DNA from: Thermofilum pendens Hrk 5
GTDB taxonomy: Archaea; Thermoproteota; Thermoprotei; Thermofilales; Thermofilaceae
Length of the DNA: 32,000 nucleotides
Reading direction: 5' to 3'
NCBI RefSeq assembly: GCF_000015225.1
Contig: NC_008698.1
Coordinates: 870,001-902,000, forward strand
The notes under the pieces are model-generated. The model was not told the DNA's origin. It did not search any database and saw nothing but the letters and a program-made list of their open reading frames with translations. The position numbers and the translations under genes are program-made. The first letter of the stretch is position 1, and every line of letters starts with the position of its first letter. This document shows, piece by piece, positions 22,693 to 27,256 of the stretch.

Positions 22693-22700
22693 TTATAAAG
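22693..22700 (+). promoter_or_regulatory. Second TATA candidate TTTATAAA
   Basis: Best TATA match in the region. Centre +27 predicts a TSS near 22723-22724, inside the UUU bulge of the BHB. Confidence 0.35.
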
Positions 22701-22724
22701 AAAATCTAGCCGCCCGCCCGAATT

Positions 22725-22741
22725 TCCGGGCGCGGGGACCA
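22725..22741 (+). tRNA. 3' segment of tRNA-Tyr (positions 60-76: U60, T-stem 3' strand, acceptor 3' strand, A73, encoded CCA)
   Basis: U CCGGG CGCGGGG A CCA. It pairs with CCCGG (22849..22853) and CCCCGCG (22743..22749). Confidence 0.8.
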
Positions 22742-22742
22742 G

Positions 22743-22778
22743 CCCCGCGTAGCTCAGCGGTAGAGCATCCGGCTGTAG
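22743..22778 (+). tRNA. 5' segment exon 1 of tRNA-Tyr (positions 1-37, anticodon GUA at 22775..22777)
   Basis: Acceptor 5' strand, D-arm GCUC/AGCGGUA/GAGC, anticodon stem UCCGG, loop CUGUAG. Confidence 0.8.
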
Positions 22779-22837
22779 GCTATGCCACGCGGCGACCGCC
22801 CGGCGTAGACCGGGGGATGAAGCCGCGGCAGCCGGAG
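22779..22837 (+). other. tRNA intron (~59 nt) in the anticodon loop (37/38, or equivalently 35/36 or 36/37)
   Basis: Removal joins CUGUAG to A-CCGGA-GGGCC-CCCGG, giving a standard class I tRNA. AG precedes both junctions, so the exact cut sites are degenerate by up to 2 nt. The BHB is relaxed (see findings). Confidence 0.6.
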
Positions 22838-22859
22838 ACCGGAGGGCCCCCGGTTCGAA
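22838..22859 (+). tRNA. 5' segment exon 2 of tRNA-Tyr (positions 38-59)
   Basis: A38, CCGGA (39-43), GGGCC variable loop, CCCGG T-stem, UUCGAA of the T-loop up to the predicted BHB cut after A22859. Confidence 0.75.
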
Positions 22860-23067
22860 TGGCGGGCGGCCGTTTCGCTTTCCTCCCTTCTCGCCGCTCT
22901 CCCAAGGTGATCGTTACAAACAGCGCGGTGGCGGTTAGGGTGCCGCTAGGAAAAGCGCGCGGGCGGGCACTCTTCTACAGGGGCTCTTGTAAAGCTTGTC
23001 GTGCTACGTTGCTAGCCGCGTTTCCGGCACCGTTTATCGTCGAACGAGCATTCAACGTCAGTTAAAC

Positions 23068-23075
23068 ATTAATAT
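23068..23075 (+). promoter_or_regulatory. TATA box ATTAATAT
   Basis: Centred ~28 bp upstream of ATG 23100. Confidence 0.45.
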
Positions 23076-23099
23076 CAGGGCTTACTAAGCTTTTTCCCA

Positions 23100-24023
23100 A
23101 TGGATATCCCGAGGAACCTCTTCGAGATACTCGTGGCGGTCGTGAACGCCTACGAGGCTACCGGTAGGCCTGTAACGAGCTCCGAGATCGCGGAGGCTGT
23201 GGGGAAGAGCGATGGGACCGTGAGGAACGTGATATCCGCCTTAAAGGCGATGGGGCTCGTCGAGGCGAAGACGGGGCCCGGCGGCGGCTACGTGCCGACA
23301 GTCAAGGGTGTCGAGGCTGTTAAGGGCTCGCTGGCCTTGGATAAGCTCTGGGAGCCGCAGAGGCTCGTGGTGGACGGTCGTGTCTCGAGGCTCTACGTTG
23401 TCGAGCTAGACCTCCTCGCGCTGTCCGGGCCGGGAGCGAAGGCTGTGCTCAAGGTTGCCGGGAGCATGCACCAGGTGCGCAGAGGCTCCCAGGTGATCCT
23501 GGGGCCTACCGGCGGCACGAGGCTCATCATACACGGGAGGGTTCAGGACGTGAACCCGGCTCGCCGCGAGTTGCTGGTAGAGGTGGACTCGATGGTCGCC
23601 GTGCCGAGGCTTAGAGCCAGGGACGTGATGACGCCTAGGCCGGAGCGGGCTACGCGGGGGATGTCGATGAGGGAGGTTGCGCGCCTCATAGTATCAAGGA
23701 ACATCAGGGCTCTCCCGGTGGTAGACGAGGAGGGCGTCTTGGAGGGCTTGGTCTCCGCTCAGCACGTCTCGAAGGCCTACGCCGATGGCAGGCTGGACGC
23801 GAGAGTGGAGGACTACATGGACAGGGACGTGGCGACCGTCGAGCCGGACGAGGACATACTCAGGATAATGAGAATCATGGTCGAGAGGAACGCCGGGAGA
23901 GTCGTAGTCGTGGACCAGTCCGGTAGGCCCCAAGGCATAATCACGAGGACGGACATACTCATGGCGCTGACGAGGCTCTACGAGGTCGCCGACTCATTCG
24001 CGGTGCAGGAACTCGGTGATTGA
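23100..24023 (+). CDS. Transcriptional regulator with N-terminal winged-helix domain and C-terminal CBS pair
   Basis: 307 aa. wHTH-like SSEIAEAVGKSDGTVRNVISALKAMGLVEAKTGPGGGYVPT. Two CBS repeats (VMTPRPERA...ALPVVDEEGVLEGLVS and YMDRDVATV...RVVVVDQSGRPQGIITRTDIL). Confidence 0.75.
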   Translation: MDIPRNLFEILVAVVNAYEATGRPVTSSEIAEAVGKSDGTVRNVISALKAMGLVEAKTGPGGGYVPTVKGVEAVKGSLALDKLWEPQRLVVDGRVSRLYVVELDLLALSGPGAKAVLKVAGSMHQVRRGSQVILGPTGGTRLIIHGRVQDVNPARRELLVEVDSMVAVPRLRARDVMTPRPERATRGMSMREVARLIVSRNIRALPVVDEEGVLEGLVSAQHVSKAYADGRLDARVEDYMDRDVATVEPDEDILRIMRIMVERNAGRVVVVDQSGRPQGIITRTDILMALTRLYEVADSFAVQELGD

Positions 24024-25250
24024 GCGCTGCCTAGTCCTCGCCGCGAGCAACGTGCTCCTCGAGAGCACTAAGTTCAGGGGTACCCTGAGCTTCTCCTTCA
24101 GCGCTTCGAGAGCCTCCCCGAGGCTCGGGAAGCTCTCGCCGCCACCCCTCAGCGCCGCCCTCACGCTTTCCCGTATCTGCCAGTTGCCAACGGGCGCGAA
24201 GTACTCGGGCGTGATCTCCCTCACTGCAAGGACGCTGGCAACCCTTCCCCGCTTCGCGAGGTGTTCGAGCACAGCTAGCCGGATAGCCTCGTAGCCCCCG
24301 TCCTCCCCGCTCGGCTTCCCGTCGCTCCACTCGTGCACGGTGGATACGTAGGGCTCGGAGCCCGGGACCCACACGGAGTTCGGTAGCCAGACTTCGACCA
24401 TTTCGAGCGACCACTTCCCGGGCATGAGGAGCAGGCTGTAGTAGTTGCCGATGTACGACGAGTGGTACAGCTCGTAGGAGGAGACCTCCGGGTAGCCCTT
24501 GACCTTGCCCAGCAGGTAGTCTCCTATCAGCCTGTCGACAGCCGTTATAGCCCACCTGGTGGGCACGAACTTCTTGGATACTCCGAGCGCGCCCGACGAG
24601 AGAACCCTCTGGATGTAGTAGACGTCGAACCCCCTCTCGTAGAGCTCCACGGCGGCGCGGCTCGCCTTAACCCTGTCCTCGATGAGCTGGTCCACCCTCC
24701 TGGGGATGTAGGGGTTGCTGACGACCGACAGCCTCTCGACCTCCGCGGAGAAGCCGACGGGCTTCAATAGCGGGTCGAAGCGCATCGAGAAGTCCGGGGG
24801 ACGCCTGAACACCGCCTCCGACTCCACGGGCTTCAGCGAGAGCGCCGCCTCCCTGACTGACTCCCCGACCCTGCCAACAGCCCTCGACGCGCTGTACACG
24901 CCGTACGAGTAGACCATGGAGGCCCTCAGCCTCAAGACCTCGTAGAGGTCGAGCCTCCCCCACCACGCTCCCGGATCCTCGTAGAGGCTCGGAGACCCCT
25001 CCTCCCCGCCCACGAGGTTAACGCCCACCCGTATGTACGGGTAGCCCTTCTCGCCCACGAGCACCGAGGGGGGAGACGGCGCCTCGAGCTCCCTGCGCCC
25101 CCTCACCCTCTCGTAGACCCCCGCGAGCTCCCTAGCCCTGACGAGTATGGGGCAGTACGGTAGCCCGCAGAGCCTCCTCGAGCCCTTACACCTGGCGCAG
25201 AGGTACGGGGACGGGCGCGAGACAACGCCGGGAAACCGCGGCTCCTCCAC
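23994..25250 (-). CDS. nreA: Nre-family (NreA-like) archaeal DNA-repair protein with C-terminal PCNA-interacting PIP box
   Basis: 418 aa, GTG start. N-terminal Cys cluster CARCKGSRRLCGLPYCP. Conserved FVPTRWAITAVD core as I recall for Nre_N/Nre_C (DUF650/651). C-terminal QRSITEFL matches Qxx[ILM]xx[FY][FYL]. Confidence 0.6.
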   Translation of the reverse strand: MEEPRFPGVVSRPSPYLCARCKGSRRLCGLPYCPILVRARELAGVYERVRGRRELEAPSPPSVLVGEKGYPYIRVGVNLVGGEEGSPSLYEDPGAWWGRLDLYEVLRLRASMVYSYGVYSASRAVGRVGESVREAALSLKPVESEAVFRRPPDFSMRFDPLLKPVGFSAEVERLSVVSNPYIPRRVDQLIEDRVKASRAAVELYERGFDVYYIQRVLSSGALGVSKKFVPTRWAITAVDRLIGDYLLGKVKGYPEVSSYELYHSSYIGNYYSLLLMPGKWSLEMVEVWLPNSVWVPGSEPYVSTVHEWSDGKPSGEDGGYEAIRLAVLEHLAKRGRVASVLAVREITPEYFAPVGNWQIRESVRAALRGGGESFPSLGEALEALKEKLRVPLNLVLSRSTLLAARTRQRSITEFLHRE

Positions 25251-25300
25251 AGCCCACCGCGTCTAAGTCCTATTACGCATTAAAAAAGCTCGCGCGTAAT

Positions 25301-26152
25301 TCAGGCCTTGAGCTCGCTGAACCTCTTCGAGATTGCTCTCCAGTCCTCGTCGCTGAGGCGCCACCCCATCGCGCCGGCGTTCTCCTCGACGTGCGCGAGG
25401 CTGGAAGCCTTCGGGATCGGCACGACTGGGTTCAGCTTGATGAGCCAGTTGAGCGCTACCTGGGCGGCCGTCTTGCCGTACTTCCTGCCTACCTCCGCCA
25501 GGAAGCTGTCGCGGGCGAGCTGGCCCTTCTCGAGCGGCGTGTACGCGAGGTAGAGCATACCCTCCCTCTCGGCGTACGGCACGACGCTCGACTCGTCCCT
25601 CCTGTCTAGCAGGCTGAACTTGTTCTCGACCGCGGCGACGTCCTCCCGGCTCAGGCAGGCCCTAGCCTCCTCTATCAGCTCGAGCCCGAAGTTGCTCACC
25701 CCGATGAACCTGGCGAGCCCCCGCCTCACCACCTCCTCGAGCCCTCTCATCGTCTCGCAGAGGGGGACCTCCGCTGGAGGCCAGTGTATGAGGTAGAGAT
25801 CCATGAAGGTCCCGAGCCTCCTAACACTGGCCTCGGCGGCCTTCACGACGTCGTCGCGCCTCGCGTGCGTCGGCCAGACCTTCGACACGATGAATACCTC
25901 GTCCCTGTCGAACCCCTTTACGGCCTCGCCTACAACCTCCTCGCTGTGGCCGCCCCCGTACATTTCGGCGGTATCTATGAGCGTCATGCCGAGCTCTAAA
26001 CCCCTCCTGAGAGCAGAGACCCACTCCGCGTCGCCGCTGGTATCCGGCGACCAGTACCCGCCACCGATACCCCAGGTCCCCATCCCCAGGGAGGGCAGGC
26101 TCCTCCCAAGCTTCTTGAAGTACTTCAAGTCGCCCGCTCCAGGCATAACCAA
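25301..26152 (-). CDS. Aldo/keto reductase
   Basis: 283 aa (TTG 26152; ATG 26146 is the more likely start). LIDTAEMYGGGHSEEVVGEAV, VSKVWP, IGVSNF and PIPKASS motifs. Confidence 0.85.
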   Translation of the reverse strand: MVMPGAGDLKYFKKLGRSLPSLGMGTWGIGGGYWSPDTSGDAEWVSALRRGLELGMTLIDTAEMYGGGHSEEVVGEAVKGFDRDEVFIVSKVWPTHARRDDVVKAAEASVRRLGTFMDLYLIHWPPAEVPLCETMRGLEEVVRRGLARFIGVSNFGLELIEEARACLSREDVAAVENKFSLLDRRDESSVVPYAEREGMLYLAYTPLEKGQLARDSFLAEVGRKYGKTAAQVALNWLIKLNPVVPIPKASSLAHVEENAGAMGWRLSDEDWRAISKRFSELKA

Positions 26153-26168
26153 GAAGCACCGTCCAGCG

Positions 26169-26180
26169 TTAAAAATATTG
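26169..26180. promoter_or_regulatory. Single A/T-rich element TTAAAAATATTG shared by divergent genes (candidate bidirectional TATA)
   Basis: Centre ~26175 lies ~29 bp from ATG 26146 (-) and ~29 bp from GTG 26204 (+). Confidence 0.4.
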
Positions 26181-26203
26181 CCGATCTAGGCGTGTCTTAG
26201 CGC

Positions 26204-26782
26204 GTGAACAAGCGCTACGTACTGCTGGCCGCGTTGCTCCTAGCGGTACTCCTCGCGGTCGCCTACGTGGCGCTTAGGCCCCGGCGCCCCTCTATAGACG
26301 AGCTTCTAGGAGCCGCGAAGAAGGGTGCACGGGTGGAGCTACGTGTAGCGGGGCTGACTGCTGGGCGCATGCCGCGCGAGTACACGTGCGACGGCGCAGA
26401 CGAGTCGCCGGATGTCAGCTGGGGCGAGCTTCCGCCCGGCACTAGGAGCCTGGTACTACTCTGCGTAGACCCCGACGCGCCCCGGGGAACATTCGTCCAC
26501 TGGGTTCTCTACAACGTACCAGCAAGCGCCACCAGGGTTCCGCGGTCCCTTCCCAAGGCCCCCACAACGCCGTTCGGCCTCCAAGGAGTCAACGACTTCG
26601 GCTTCACGGGGTACGGGGGACCCTGCCCTCCCAGCGGGACCCACCGCTACGTATTCGTACTCCTAGCCCTCGACTCTGAGCTCGCGCTCAGCGGGGGAGC
26701 CGACGCCTTAACTGTGCTCAGCAAGGCTTCCGGGCACGTCATCGGCTACGGCGAGGTAGTGCTAACCTATTCGCGCGGATAG
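26204..26782 (+). CDS. YbhB/YbcL-family PEBP (Raf-kinase-inhibitor-like) protein with N-terminal membrane anchor/signal
   Basis: 192 aa. Hydrophobic N-terminus YVLLAALLLAVLLAVAYVAL. DPDAPRGTFVHWVLYNVP and GYGGPCPPSGTHRYVFVLLALD signatures. Confidence 0.85.
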   Translation: MNKRYVLLAALLLAVLLAVAYVALRPRRPSIDELLGAAKKGARVELRVAGLTAGRMPREYTCDGADESPDVSWGELPPGTRSLVLLCVDPDAPRGTFVHWVLYNVPASATRVPRSLPKAPTTPFGLQGVNDFGFTGYGGPCPPSGTHRYVFVLLALDSELALSGGADALTVLSKASGHVIGYGEVVLTYSRG

Positions 26783-26795
26783 CTCGCGCGCTATC

Positions 26796-26803
26796 AATAT
26801 ATG
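26796..26803 (+). promoter_or_regulatory. TATA box AATATATG
   Basis: Centred ~26 bp upstream of GTG 26825. Confidence 0.45.
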
Positions 26804-26824
26804 TGCCATTTCCATTAGTAGCTT

Positions 26825-27256
26825 GTGGTGCGCGTGGAGGGCTTTGCGTCGCCCCGTGCGGGGCAGGCGGAGACTATAGGCGCGATACTGCTCGTAGTCG
26901 TAGCTGTGGCTGTCTGGGCGGCGGCGTGGGGCTTCTTCTACCCCGTATACCAGCAACTCTCGCAGCGCGTTGAGCGCGAAAGGCTTGTCGCCGAGAAGGG
27001 GCTCCGGGAGTACCTCCTCCTCGAGAGGCTCTACGTGGATCAGGGGAAGGTATGCGCCTACATAACGAACACCGGGGACGTTGAGACCGAGCTCGTATCC
27101 CTGTACTTCAACGATACCCTCGTGTGGAGCGGCTACCTAGACCTCAAGGTCGGGCAGTCGGCACAGGTGTGCACACCGCTAACCTCTAAGGGGACCTACA
27201 GGGTGAAGGCTTGTAGCTATACAGGTTGCTTCGAGGGGGTCGACTATGTCCCGTGA
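26825..27256 (+). CDS. Archaeal type IV pilin-like protein (class III signal peptide)
   Basis: 143 aa. N-terminus ...SPRAG|QAETIGAILLVVVAVAVWAAAW has a basic residue, then Gly, then Gln at +1, then a hydrophobic helix, as in PibD/FlaK/EppA substrates. Confidence 0.65.
   Translation: MVRVEGFASPRAGQAETIGAILLVVVAVAVWAAAWGFFYPVYQQLSQRVERERLVAEKGLREYLLLERLYVDQGKVCAYITNTGDVETELVSLYFNDTLVWSGYLDLKVGQSAQVCTPLTSKGTYRVKACSYTGCFEGVDYVP

Larger units (their letters stand above)
22709..22870 (+). tRNA. Circularly permuted, intron-containing tRNA-Tyr(GUA) gene (pre-tRNA unit including leader/trailer BHB)
   Basis: Order on DNA is leader GCCGCCCGCC-CGAA-UUU, then positions 61-76, then spacer G 22742, then the 5' part and trailer. 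Positions 61-76: CCGGG CGCGGGG A CCA (22726..22741). 5' part: CCCCGCG UA GCUC AGCGGUA GAGC A UCCGG CUGUAG, then the intron, then A CCGGA GGGCC CCCGG UUCGAA (through 22859). Trailer: U-GGCGGGCGGC. All four cloverleaf stems are perfect Watson-Crick. C1-G72 and A73 are the archaeal/eukaryal Tyr identity set. A linear reading fails because GGCGGGC, not CCGGG, follows the T-loop. Confidence 0.85.

Noticed and set aside
22779-22837. C/D-box sRNA embedded in the tRNA intron, as in some archaeal tRNA-Trp introns
   Set aside because: There is no RUGAUGA C box (only GGAUGAAG) and no CUGA D box in the 59-nt intron.
22831-22848. Alternative tRNA model using the first CCGGA copy, giving a 12-nt variable region (class II-like tRNA-Tyr)
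   Set aside because: The extra arm would have at most a 2-bp stem, G38 would replace the usual A38, and archaeal tRNA-Tyr is class I. It is kept only as an alternative pre-tRNA fold (see the intron finding).
22817-23065. 82-aa basic ORF downstream of the MBL gene
   Set aside because: It starts inside the tRNA intron and runs through the tRNA T-arm and BHB trailer. It is Arg/Ala/Pro-rich with no promoter, and the RNA gene explains the region.
22871-23067. The ~200-bp non-coding stretch after the tRNA, including the hairpin GUGGCGG-UUAGGGUG-CCGCUAG (about 22928..22949) and GCGCGC-rich flanks, as a possible ncRNA or second tRNA fragment
   Set aside because: A 6-bp stem is not significant in DNA this GC-rich. 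I found no cloverleaf pieces, no C/D or H/ACA boxes and no complementary partner for a split tRNA. It is left unexplained rather than called.
22666-23099. An integrated element using the tRNA as an attachment site
   Set aside because: There is no integrase, no direct repeat of the tRNA 3' end and no compositional break that I can see in the flanks. The neighbouring genes are ordinary housekeeping or regulatory genes.
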